From Fluviicola sp. (GTDB taxonomy: Bacteria > Bacteroidota > Bacteroidia > Flavobacteriales_D > Crocinitomicaceae): a stretch of 64,000 nt of DNA. The notes beneath the pieces are model-generated. The model was not told the DNA's origin. It did no database searches and was given only the letters and a program-made list of their open reading frames with translations. The stretch spans positions 715,315 through 779,314 of the forward strand of contig NZ_JBCNJT010000001.1 of NCBI RefSeq assembly GCF_039596395.1, written 5' to 3'. Position numbers and translations under genes: made by a program. Numbering within the stretch: the stretch's first letter is position 1; each line of letters begins with the position of its first letter. Below, piece after piece: positions 44,412 to 55,609 of the stretch.

Positions 44412-47400
44412 TGTCTTCAGTTTCATCGGTTGTTGGAAAATTGTCTATTGCATGAACGAAGTCCTCTGTCAAAGAGCTGTCATCTTCGTTCTTGATCAGT
44501 TTGCGGCCATCAGCCAGCGTACCGAAGATGTAGTACAGACCCGGGATAATGATTACTCCGAAGATCGTTCCGAAGAGCATTCCTCCCAGTGCACAAGCCC
44601 CGATCGTTCTGTTACCGATAGCTCCCGGACCGGTTGCAATAACCAATGGGATCAACCCGGCGATGAACGCAAAGGAAGTCATCAAAATCGGACGGAAACG
44701 CACTTTTGCACCTTCAATGGCCGCTTCCAGAACGGTTGCTCCTTCGTGGTGCTTCTGCATGGCGAATTCCACGATCAACACGGCGTTCTTACCTAAGAGC
44801 CCGACGAGCATGACTAATCCTACCTGTGCATAGATGTTGTTCTCCAATCCCATTAATTTGATCAGTAAGAACGACCCGAAGATCCCGGCAGGAAGTGAAA
44901 GAATTACAGCCAATGGAATGATGAAGCTTTCATACTGTGCCGCCAATACGAAGTATACGAAGATCAATACGACGATGAAAATGTACAAAGCTTCGTTTCC
45001 ACGCATGGTTTCGTCTTTTGAAAGTCCTCCCCAGTCGATGTCGTAACCTCTCGGCAATGTTGATTTGGCAACTTCCTGTGCTGCTTTGATCGCTTCACCG
45101 GAACTGAATCCTTTTGCAGCAGAACCACGAATGGATGCGGTTGTGTACATGTTGTAACGGTTGATCTCGTTGGCTCCCTGTGATTTCACGATTTTCATAA
45201 AGGAAGAGAAAGGAACCATTTCGCCGCGGTCATTTTTCACATATAGTTTCATGATATCTTCCGGCAATCTTCTGTATTCCGGAGAAGCCTGAACGAATAC
45301 CTTGAAGAAACGCTGGTACTTGATGAAACCAAGTTCGTAAGTACTACCGATCAAAATGGAAAGCGTGTTCATCGCGTTTCCGATGGAAACTCCTTTCTGC
45401 ATCGCCAAATCGTTGTTGATCTGAAGTTCGTATTGCGGATAATTCGCACTATAGAACGTGAACAGACCTGTGATTTCCTTGCGTTTGCGCAATGCATTCA
45501 TGAATTCCGTATTCACACGTTCCAATTCCAGGTAATCACCCGTGTTGGTCTTATCCAGCAACTGAAGAGAGAAACCTCCCGCTGCACCATACCCCGGAAC
45601 CGCCGGCGGATCAAAGAACTCGATGGTTGCACCCGGAATTACTTTCGCTTTTTCTTCCAGTTCATAGATGATTTCCTGCACGTTATGCTTTCTTTCCGAC
45701 CATGGATCCAGGTTGATCAGACAGGTTCCGGCATTGGAACCACGACCTTCCGTCAATACCTCGTATCCCGCAAGGGCAGAAACGGATTTGATACCATCTA
45801 CTTTTTCGGCAATTGCCTGCAGTTTTCGTGCAATATCATTGGTTCTTTCCAAAGTTGATCCCGGAGGTGTCTGGATAATCGCATAGATCATTCCCTGGTC
45901 TTCACTCGGGATGAACCCGGAAGGCAGTTTCTCACTGAGCCCGAAAATACCCAACCCGAATGCAATCAGGATAATGGCGGTCACCAGTCGCCGGTTTACG
46001 ATCTTATTCAATAACCCGACGTATCTTCCGGTCATTTTCTCGAATCCTCTGTTAAACCAGTCCAGGAAACGGTTGATCGGTGTCTTCTTGCGTGGTTTCC
46101 CGTGGTTGTTTTTCAACAGCATCGCACAAAGTACCGGTGTCAGTGTCAATGCAACCAACCCGGAAAGAACGATGGAAGTTGCCATGGTAATCGCAAACTG
46201 GCGGTAGAAAATACCTACCGGACCCGACATGAACGCTACCGGAACGAACACGGCCGTCATCAATAAGGTAATGGCGATTACGGCACCACTGATCTCTTTC
46301 AATACTTTCTTCACTGCCTGGTAAGGCGAAAGGTGTTCTTCTTCCATCTTGGCGTGAACGGCCTCGACGACGACGATGGCATCATCGACCACAATACCGA
46401 TCGCCAGTACCAATGCGAACAGGGTGATCAGGTTGATCGTTAACCCGAACATTTGCATGAAAATGAACGCACCGATCAATGAAACCGGAACGGCAATGGT
46501 TGGAATAAGGGTAGAACGGAAGTCTCCTAAGAATAAGAATACTACCAATGCCACGAGGATAAATGCTTCCCCAAGGGTGTGAAGTACTTTTTCAATGGAT
46601 GCATCCAGGAAGTTCGAAACGTCATAACTGATCTCGTACTCCATTCCCGGAGGGAAGGAAGTCTTTTTCAATTCTTCCAGTTTCTCTTTCACGCGTTCGA
46701 TGACCTCTGTTGCGTTACTTCCGTAAGTTTGTTTCAATACGATCGCTGCAGAAGGATATTCATCCTTGTTGGAGTAAATATCGTAGTACTCACTACCTAG
46801 TTCTACCTCCGCTACGTCTTTCAGTCGCAGGATTTCCCCGTCCGGATTGGAGCGGATAATCACATTCTTGTATTCGTCTGCTTCGTTGAAACGGCCTTTG
46901 TAGGTCAATACATATTCCAGTGCTTCCGCACGTTTACCGTCACTTCGCCCGATACGTCCCGGAGACCCGATGACACTCTGGGAGTTCAGGGCTTCCATGA
47001 TTTCGTCGGTGGAAATGTTGTAAGCCCGCATACGGTCCGGCTTCAGCCAGATACGCATTGCATACTGGCGGCTACCCAAGATACTTGCCTGACCAATCCC
47101 GTTAATACGCTGCAATTCAGGAATCATGTTTACCCCGGCAACGTTGAAAATGAATTTCATGTCGGCTTTCGGGTCCTTACTGTACAGGTTGACGTACATC
47201 AACATACTCGGCATGATCCGGTTCACGATAACCCCTTCACGCTGTACGAGGACAGGAAGACGGTTCAATACCTGTGCAATACGCGTATTCACCTGTACCA
47301 ATGCCTGATCGGGATCTGTTCCAAGGTTGAATACGATCTGGATATTTGCTTCCCCGGCACTGGTTGCATCGGAAGTCATGTATTTCATTCCCGGAACCCC

Positions 47401-47610
47401 GTTTACGGCTTGTTCCAGTGGAATCAGTACGGATTCTGTCAGTACTTTCGCACTCGCTCCCGGGTAGGAAGCTCTTACGATAACTGTAGGCGGTGCAATC
47501 TCGGGGAACTGTGAAGTTGATAACCCACTGATCGCAAGTACACCCATGAAGATGATGACCAATGATAGCACGATTGCTAAAACAGGTCTGTGTATGAATT
47601 TATTAAACAT
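44401..47610 (-). CDS. RND efflux permease (AcrB/HAE1-like)
   Basis: FIHRPVLA, QFPEIAPP, GIVVDDAIVVVE, GLLGKNAVLIVEFA, RFRPILMTS. Confidence 0.96.
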   Translation of the reverse strand: MFNKFIHRPVLAIVLSLVIIFMGVLAISGLSTSQFPEIAPPTVIVRASYPGASAKVLTESVLIPLEQAVNGVPGMKYMTSDATSAGEANIQIVFNLGTDPDQALVQVNTRIAQVLNRLPVLVQREGVIVNRIMPSMLMYVNLYSKDPKADMKFIFNVAGVNMIPELQRINGIGQASILGSRQYAMRIWLKPDRMRAYNISTDEIMEALNSQSVIGSPGRIGRSDGKRAEALEYVLTYKGRFNEADEYKNVIIRSNPDGEILRLKDVAEVELGSEYYDIYSNKDEYPSAAIVLKQTYGSNATEVIERVKEKLEELKKTSFPPGMEYEISYDVSNFLDASIEKVLHTLGEAFILVALVVFLFLGDFRSTLIPTIAVPVSLIGAFIFMQMFGLTINLITLFALVLAIGIVVDDAIVVVEAVHAKMEEEHLSPYQAVKKVLKEISGAVIAITLLMTAVFVPVAFMSGPVGIFYRQFAITMATSIVLSGLVALTLTPVLCAMLLKNNHGKPRKKTPINRFLDWFNRGFEKMTGRYVGLLNKIVNRRLVTAIILIAFGLGIFGLSEKLPSGFIPSEDQGMIYAIIQTPPGSTLERTNDIARKLQAIAEKVDGIKSVSALAGYEVLTEGRGSNAGTCLINLDPWSERKHNVQEIIYELEEKAKVIPGATIEFFDPPAVPGYGAAGGFSLQLLDKTNTGDYLELERVNTEFMNALRKRKEITGLFTFYSANYPQYELQINNDLAMQKGVSIGNAMNTLSILIGSTYELGFIKYQRFFKVFVQASPEYRRLPEDIMKLYVKNDRGEMVPFSSFMKIVKSQGANEINRYNMYTTASIRGSAAKGFSSGEAIKAAQEVAKSTLPRGYDIDWGGLSKDETMRGNEALYIFIVVLIFVYFVLAAQYESFIIPLAVILSLPAGIFGSFLLIKLMGLENNIYAQVGLVMLVGLLGKNAVLIVEFAMQKHHEGATVLEAAIEGAKVRFRPILMTSFAFIAGLIPLVIATGPGAIGNRTIGACALGGMLFGTIFGVIIIPGLYYIFGTLADGRKLIKNEDDSSLTEDFVHAIDNFPTTDETEDNAH

Positions 47611-47634
47611 AATCTGATCGGATTAAAGTGGGTG

Positions 47635-48717
47635 TTACTCCGTATAAACTTTCAGGTGATTGATTACCGATTTCGGGTCCTGATACTGGTAAGTGATCTT
47701 ATCTCCATCTCTTACTTTACGAATTCCTTCCAAAAGAATGCGCTCGTCCGTTTTCAACCCGCTTTTAAGAATATACAAATCCGGGATTTCGGAACGGATT
47801 ACGATTTCTCTGGAATGTACCACATTGTCCTTATCAACTACATAAACGTATTTCTTTTCAAGAACTTCGTATGTTGCTTTTTGAGGAATGATCATTGCAC
47901 GCTTCAAAGGAACCACCATTTGGATACTTCCTGTTTCCCCGTGTCTGAGCAATTTTTTCGGATTCGGGAAGGTAGCACGGAAAGCGATGTTACCGGTTTC
48001 ATTGTTGAAATCCGCTTCAATGGTTTCTACTACTCCCGGGTATTCATAGATCTCGTTATTGGCCATCAGCAACTGGACATTTTTCATGTTATCGCCCTGG
48101 TTAACCGTTTTGAAATTCAGGTACTGAGCTTCAGGAACGTTGAAATAAACCCACAATTTGCTGTTATCGGAAAGGGTTGTCAGCAAGTCGCCTTCATCCA
48201 CCAAACTTCCCAAACGAACCTGGAAACGGTCCATAATCCCGTCAAACGGAGCTTTGATCTCTGTGAAGCCCAAACGAACCTGTGATAAAGACAATTCAGC
48301 TTTTGCCTTGTCGTATTTTGCTTTCACCAATGCCAATTGGTTTTTGGAAATCACGTTGCTGTCTGCAAGCATTTTCGCGTTCTGGTATTCTGTTTTCGCA
48401 AAGTTTGCTTCAGCTTGTGCTTTTTGCATCTCCGCTTCGTACATCATTGGCATGATCTGGAACATCAACTGGCCTTTTTTCACCATTTGACCTTCGTCTA
48501 CATAGATCTTTTGCAAATAACCTTTTTCAAGGGCTCTGATCTCAATATGTTGGATTGCACGGATCTGACAAACATAATCCTGTACAATGGTAGTATCTTT
48601 TAATAAAGGACTTGTCACCAATAATTTACCGGTTTCTTCCTTTTCTTCTTCTTTCGGACCGCAGCTTGTAGCGCACACTGCAACGATCAAGCTCATGAAA
48701 ATGAGAACTCTCTTCAT
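47635..48717 (-). CDS. RND periplasmic adaptor (MFP), lipoprotein
   Basis: ATSC lipobox, EIRALEKGYL, IKAPFDG, TGNIAFRATFPNP. Confidence 0.94.
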   Translation of the reverse strand: MKRVLIFMSLIVAVCATSCGPKEEEKEETGKLLVTSPLLKDTTIVQDYVCQIRAIQHIEIRALEKGYLQKIYVDEGQMVKKGQLMFQIMPMMYEAEMQKAQAEANFAKTEYQNAKMLADSNVISKNQLALVKAKYDKAKAELSLSQVRLGFTEIKAPFDGIMDRFQVRLGSLVDEGDLLTTLSDNSKLWVYFNVPEAQYLNFKTVNQGDNMKNVQLLMANNEIYEYPGVVETIEADFNNETGNIAFRATFPNPKKLLRHGETGSIQMVVPLKRAMIIPQKATYEVLEKKYVYVVDKDNVVHSREIVIRSEIPDLYILKSGLKTDERILLEGIRKVRDGDKITYQYQDPKSVINHLKVYTE

Positions 48718-48856
48718 AATAATCGTGTTTTTAAAACGAGTTGTTTTTGTTGTTAAATTGTGTTTGGATTTTTAGATCCAGCGATAGTTTTCCGAACTAA
48801 TATAGGATTGTTTTAACAAACATCAAATCAATCAGTAAGGAAAAAATAATTAGTTG

Positions 48857-48874
48857 AGACAATGAGCATTGTCT
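48857..48874. other. Hairpin just after the leader ORF stop
   Basis: AGACAATG-AG-CATTGTCT, perfect 8-bp stem, no adjacent U-tract. Confidence 0.6.
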
Positions 48875-48882
48875 GCTGGATT

Positions 48883-49299
48883 CTATATTCTGAATACCTG
48901 AAAAACGACATGTCTTTTATTGGCTGTAATAAAAGACAACTGTTCACAGAACACAGAACTGTTTTTGGTATTGCCGTAGAGGTAATCGAGCGATTGATCT
49001 ACCGGGATACCCGCAAAGAACAGATTATTATAAAGGTGTTTACCGGAAGAGAAGTCTTCCGTTTCTTCTTCCAGGTTTTCAAAGATCAATTCGGTATCTT
49101 CAGCAGGAATGGAAGAGTTTGAATCGATAGAGGAACTTGATTTGTGGTGTTTAACTACAAATTTAGAATGTTCCGGATAATGATGATGAAAATTGAAAGG
49201 AGTGTTTGCCCGCTCTGCCGGATGGGCGTTCAGCTGGTTCGAACCAAGGATCTGGAGAACACACAAGAGCTGAAAAAATCCAATAAGCAAACTTTTCAT
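48883..49299 (-). CDS. Hypothetical 138-aa signal-peptide protein at the head of the RND operon
   Basis: N-terminal hydrophobic signal, His cluster, acidic patch, ends HVVFQVFRI*. Confidence 0.7.
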   Translation of the reverse strand: MKSLLIGFFQLLCVLQILGSNQLNAHPAERANTPFNFHHHYPEHSKFVVKHHKSSSSIDSNSSIPAEDTELIFENLEEETEDFSSGKHLYNNLFFAGIPVDQSLDYLYGNTKNSSVFCEQLSFITANKRHVVFQVFRI

Positions 49300-49432
49300 G
49301 GTGTAAAACTAACAGAGAGTTGAAACATAGCCAAATTTTCCGGTGTTAAATATTGGTTAATGGTTACAGGTACGTGATCCGTCGTTACCTACCATACAGA
49401 AAATCACACTTTTCGCCCGAATGCTGATGTAC

Positions 49433-49462
49433 AAAAAAAGGTTCTCATTTCTGAGAACCTTT
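49433..49462 (-). terminator. Intrinsic terminator
   Basis: AAAGGTTCTCA-TTTC-TGAGAACCTTT with A-tract. Confidence 0.88.
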
Positions 49463-49479
49463 CAAAAGTGTTTTATGAA

Positions 49480-49701
49480 TTAATATTCATCTTCATTAAA
49501 TAGGAAGTCATCCTTAGACGGATAATCCGGCCAGATTTCTTCAATGCTTTCATATACATCACCCTCATCTTCTAAATCCTGGAGATTTTCTACTACTTCT
49601 AAGGGTGCACCTGCTCTGATCGCATAATCAATCAGCTCGTCTTTTGTTGCAGGCCAAGGAGCGTCTTCTAAGTAGGATGCTAGTTCTAATGTCCAATACA
49701 T
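49480..49701 (-). CDS. DUF2795 family protein
   Basis: MYWTLELASYLEDAPWPATKDELIDYAIR; TATTTTTG -7 motif at 49729-49736. Confidence 0.92.
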   Translation of the reverse strand: MYWTLELASYLEDAPWPATKDELIDYAIRAGAPLEVVENLQDLEDEGDVYESIEEIWPDYPSKDDFLFNEDEY

Positions 49702-49814
49702 GTCTTAGTATATTGTTGTTTATTTGCGCAAAAATAACCTTATTCTAAAAAAATCCAAGTGTTTTCTGCCTGATTAAAAAAAAACTTTTTAGTTTGTTTC
49801 TAATAGTTTGAAAA

Positions 49815-50366
49815 TCAGTTTGTTCTTGGTTTCCACGGGGTTTCCACCGCATTTAGTTCGTGAGCCAGTTTCCGGGAAAGGACGAATAAATAATCACTTA
49901 GCCGGTTCATATAGGCACTGATTAGCGGTTCTACAGGTTCCGATTCGCTCAAATGAGCAACCAGCCTTTCTGCTCTTCTGCAGATGCAACGTGCTATGTG
50001 ACACTGAGAAACCACGACATTGCCGCCAGGCAGCACGAAGAATTTCATCGGAGGTAATGCATTGTCCATTTCGTCGATCTGGTTTTCCAGATAGGTGACG
50101 TCACTTTCGAATAATTCCGGAAGTGTCATTTTGGATTTGACCGGGTCGGCAGCCAGGTGCGAACCGATCGTAAACAAACGGTCCTGGATCTCGATCAAAA
50201 CCGCTGATTTGGATTCTTCACCGATCAGGTCGCGCAATAAACCGATGTAACTATTCAGTTCATCCACGGTACCGTAGCTTTCAATCCGGATATGATGTTT
50301 GGGGAGCCGGGTTCCGCCAATGAGTCCCGTGGTTCCTTTATCGCCTTTTTTGGTATAAACTTTCAT
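49815..50366 (-). CDS. PduO-type ATP:cob(I)alamin adenosyltransferase
   Basis: KVYTKKGDKGTT, YGTVDELNS, FVLPGG, RCICRRAER, NRLSDYLFVLSR. Confidence 0.94.
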   Translation of the reverse strand: MKVYTKKGDKGTTGLIGGTRLPKHHIRIESYGTVDELNSYIGLLRDLIGEESKSAVLIEIQDRLFTIGSHLAADPVKSKMTLPELFESDVTYLENQIDEMDNALPPMKFFVLPGGNVVVSQCHIARCICRRAERLVAHLSESEPVEPLISAYMNRLSDYLFVLSRKLAHELNAVETPWKPRTN

Positions 50367-50462
50367 ACTCTAAAGTTAACGATATTTCACTTATTTGTTC
50401 CTCCGTAATCTATTTACCATGGAAGATTTTTGTTTATATTTGGTTGAACGAAAACAAAAACT

Positions 50463-50561
50463 ATGAAAATAATCACGGCACTGACCATGTTCCCGGTGAT
50501 CCGATCATCGGTTTCCTGGTGCCATGCTTTATCATATAACCCCATTAATCAAAAGTTGTAA
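50463..50561 (+). CDS. Unannotated 32-aa ORF upstream of cytochrome c
   Basis: MKIITALTMFPVIRSSVSWCHALSYNPINQKL*; TATATTTG at 50435-50442 and A-rich leader; stop 4 nt before next ATG. Confidence 0.35.
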   Translation: MKIITALTMFPVIRSSVSWCHALSYNPINQKL

Positions 50562-50565
50562 GAGT

Positions 50566-50940
50566 ATGAAGAAGAAAAGCCTATTAGCAGTTGCCGGTAT
50601 CGCCATTTTAGTTGCGTGCAGTACCGCAAAGAATTCCTCTGAGTCGTCGGCTCCGAAAGTAGAAGCGATGCCCACCCAGGGAGATGTTGACCGCATGCAG
50701 TCTAAATTCCCGGGAATGACCCTGGATGAACTGTACCAGGGAAAACAATTGTTCGAATCGAACTGTAATTTGTGCCACAAGCTGAAAAAACCATCTTCCG
50801 AGCCGGAATCGGAGTGGAGAGAAATTGTGCCGCGAATGGTCAAAAAAGTGAATAACAAAGAAGGCCATCACATTGATGAGGCAGGGCAGGAGAAAATCCT
50901 CCGCTATGTAATCACGATGGGATCGGTAGAGAAATCATAA
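50566..50940 (+). CDS. Monoheme cytochrome c lipoprotein
   Basis: LVAC lipobox, GKQLFESNCNLCH (CxxCH), WREIVPRM distal Met candidate. Confidence 0.88.
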   Translation: MKKKSLLAVAGIAILVACSTAKNSSESSAPKVEAMPTQGDVDRMQSKFPGMTLDELYQGKQLFESNCNLCHKLKKPSSEPESEWREIVPRMVKKVNNKEGHHIDEAGQEKILRYVITMGSVEKS

Positions 50941-50946
50941 CAGACA

Positions 50947-50973
50947 ACAGGCCGGCGATTATCGCCGGCCTGT
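50947..50973. terminator. Bidirectional terminator
   Basis: ACAGGCCGGCGA-TTA-TCGCCGGCCTGT between convergent genes. Confidence 0.88.
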
Positions 50974-50979
50974 TTGTTT

Positions 50980-53286
<2,307 letters not shown>

Positions 53287-54099
53287 TTAAAATAATTTCG
53301 TCTTAAAGATCTTCGGGCGGATGGTGAACTGTTCTTTGGTTTGTTCTTCCCTGCGCCAGAGAATTCCCATGCGTCCCAGATCAACGGAAACATGGAAACG
53401 CGGATCGGAGGAGAGGTATTTCCAGCAATCCCACATGTCTTCGCTCCAGCGGATATCATCCAGGATGAATGCGGTGTTGCTGTGTGTCTGATCGAATAGT
53501 TTGTCGATGTATTCCATGGTGGCTTTCCCGGAGTGATTTCCGTCCAGGAAGACCAGGTCGTATTTCCCGATTGCGGGAAGTTCCAGGAAATCGTCGAAAG
53601 AACTGCAAATGGTTGTAATACCGGAAAGGTTCCAGCTGTCAAACTGCCTGGATGCACGCGATAGAATGGCATCGCAGCCTTCAACGGTAATCAGATGCCC
53701 GGAAGGATTACCGGACTTTAAATGAATGGAGCCTGTTCCGATGGATGTTCCCAGTTCCAGCATCAATGCGGGTTTGTAGTGGTTTGCCAGTTTCCATAGA
53801 ATGTCGCCGTAAATGCCTTTGCTGCTGGCGTTTTTTGCAAGTTCTGAAACGGAACGGCTTGTCCCGGCCATGCGGGAAGTCTTTCCCATTTGTTTGGATC
53901 CTGCACCTAAATCGATTATTTTAAATTGTTCCGTATCCTTTTTGACTTTTTGTAGCCATTTTTTTCGTGCAGAGAGAAAATTTTTATCCACTTTTGTCGT
54001 TAGACAGTTGTCGACAAAGTCGAATACAAAGGGAGAATGAATGCCATGTCTGCCTTTAGATTTGAGTAAAAATCCGAAAATTGATTTGGAATTTTGCAT
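53287..54099 (-). CDS. O-methyltransferase-like class I SAM methyltransferase
   Basis: HGIHSPFVF, DLGAGS, LELGTSIG, FLDGNH, ILDDIRWS. Confidence 0.9.
   Translation of the reverse strand: MQNSKSIFGFLLKSKGRHGIHSPFVFDFVDNCLTTKVDKNFLSARKKWLQKVKKDTEQFKIIDLGAGSKQMGKTSRMAGTSRSVSELAKNASSKGIYGDILWKLANHYKPALMLELGTSIGTGSIHLKSGNPSGHLITVEGCDAILSRASRQFDSWNLSGITTICSSFDDFLELPAIGKYDLVFLDGNHSGKATMEYIDKLFDQTHSNTAFILDDIRWSEDMWDCWKYLSSDPRFHVSVDLGRMGILWRREEQTKEQFTIRPKIFKTKLF
53857..53877 (-). mobile_element. Candidate 21-nt in-frame mini-palindromic insertion
   Basis: TCCCGCATGGCCGGGACAAGC = codons 75-81 (SRMAGTS); same termini as the 21533-21559 insert. Confidence 0.55.
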
Positions 54100-54132
54100 G
54101 ACACAAAGAAACGAAAAAACGCTACAGGAAGC

Positions 54133-55524
54133 ATGCTTATGCTAAAAACTACAATAGAAATACAATCGGAACGCCTGCGGGCTCCGCAACCGGCATTAAA
54201 CCTGGTTTCTGCCTGTAAAATACAGGAAGGGATCATTGCTTTGAGCGACGAGAAAATTGCGGATCTGGCGCAAACATTTTATCAATCGACCAAAAAGATT
54301 TCGGTCTTTATTCCGGCATCCGGTTCGGGATCACGTATGTTCCATTTCCTGTTTGAATTTCTGGATAACCCGAATGAAAGCAATAGCGGATATGTAGAGC
54401 GTTTCCTGACACATATTGAAGATTTTGCGTTTTTCTACCAGTTCCCCGGCTCTATTCAAAAAGCTTTGCGAAACAGGAGCATGGACCTGGATGCTTTCGT
54501 GTCATTTATCCTGAACAATAAAGGCTACGGGTTGGCGCATCTTCCGAAAGGGTTGATCCCGTTCCATAAAAACGGGCCTTTCTTATTGTGCCCGATCCAG
54601 GAACATGTGGTTCAGGGGCAATTGCTGAACCAAAATGCGTGTTCGTTCCATTTTACGATCCAGCCCAAATTCCAGGAGTACATTCAACGGCAGCTGGAGT
54701 TTCTCGAAGGAATGACATCCCGGAAATTCGATGTGGATTTCTCGGTACAGAATATTGAAACCAACGCGGTTGCTTTTGACGATAATTACCAGCCGATCCT
54801 GAATCCGGAAGGCGATTTGCTGACCAGGCCGGCCGGACATGGTGCTTTACTGGAAAATTTCGGCCAATTGGATGCAGATCTGATTTTCATCAAGAACATC
54901 GATAATATTCAGCATTACAACCACTCGGAAACGGCAATCGAAACACAGCGCATGCTGGGCGGTTTATTCCTGGAAGTGCAGGAAGAAGTGCAGAAACTGA
55001 TCGCTGATTTTTCGGAAGAGGCATGGAATGATTTCAACAGCGAATATCAATTATTCCATGAATCGGTGAATGGTTTGTCGCACCGGGAGAAACTGGAGTT
55101 GCTGAAAAGACCGCTTCGCATTTGCGGAATGGTGCGCAATGAAGGCCAGCCGGGAGGAGGTCCGTTCTGGGTTGAGAATAACGGCGAAATCACGAAGCAA
55201 ATTGTGGAAAAAGCGCAAATCAATCCTAAAAGCGACCAGGTGCGGGTGATGATCCAGTCTTCGCATTTTAACCCGGTAATCATGGTTTGCCAGGGAAAAA
55301 ACAACGATGGTTCGAAAATCGACCTGGATGCATTTAAAGACGAGAATGCGTATTTCAAAGTGAGTAAATCACATAATGGGCAATCCATTCATTTTGTGGA
55401 GCTTCCGGGGCTTTGGAACGGTTCGATGGCGAAATGGAATACGGTTTTCGTAGAAGTGCCTAGCAAAACGTTCAGCCCGGTGAAATCCATTCTGGATTTA
55501 TTGGATAAGGCGCATCAACCCTGA
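54133..55524 (+). CDS. DUF4301 family protein
   Basis: FIPASGSGSRMF, LPKGL, RPAGHGALL, FIKNIDN, EGQPGGGPFW, LPGLWNGSMA; start uncertain (54094-54139). Confidence 0.88.
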   Translation: MLMLKTTIEIQSERLRAPQPALNLVSACKIQEGIIALSDEKIADLAQTFYQSTKKISVFIPASGSGSRMFHFLFEFLDNPNESNSGYVERFLTHIEDFAFFYQFPGSIQKALRNRSMDLDAFVSFILNNKGYGLAHLPKGLIPFHKNGPFLLCPIQEHVVQGQLLNQNACSFHFTIQPKFQEYIQRQLEFLEGMTSRKFDVDFSVQNIETNAVAFDDNYQPILNPEGDLLTRPAGHGALLENFGQLDADLIFIKNIDNIQHYNHSETAIETQRMLGGLFLEVQEEVQKLIADFSEEAWNDFNSEYQLFHESVNGLSHREKLELLKRPLRICGMVRNEGQPGGGPFWVENNGEITKQIVEKAQINPKSDQVRVMIQSSHFNPVIMVCQGKNNDGSKIDLDAFKDENAYFKVSKSHNGQSIHFVELPGLWNGSMAKWNTVFVEVPSKTFSPVKSILDLLDKAHQP

Positions 55525-55528
55525 TTTG

Positions 55529-55609
55529 ATGTAAAATGTTGAAATGTCAAAAGTCAAAAGTTAAAAAGGTCTCCTTTTTCTTGTTTACATTTCCCTTTTT
55601 ACATTTGAC
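55529..55609. repeat. Palindromic element of TGTCAAAA/GTAAAA-type units
   Basis: ATGTAAAA TGTTGAAA TGTCAAAA GTCAAAA GTTAAAAA facing TTTACAT...TTTTTACATTTGAC, between convergent genes. Confidence 0.6.
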
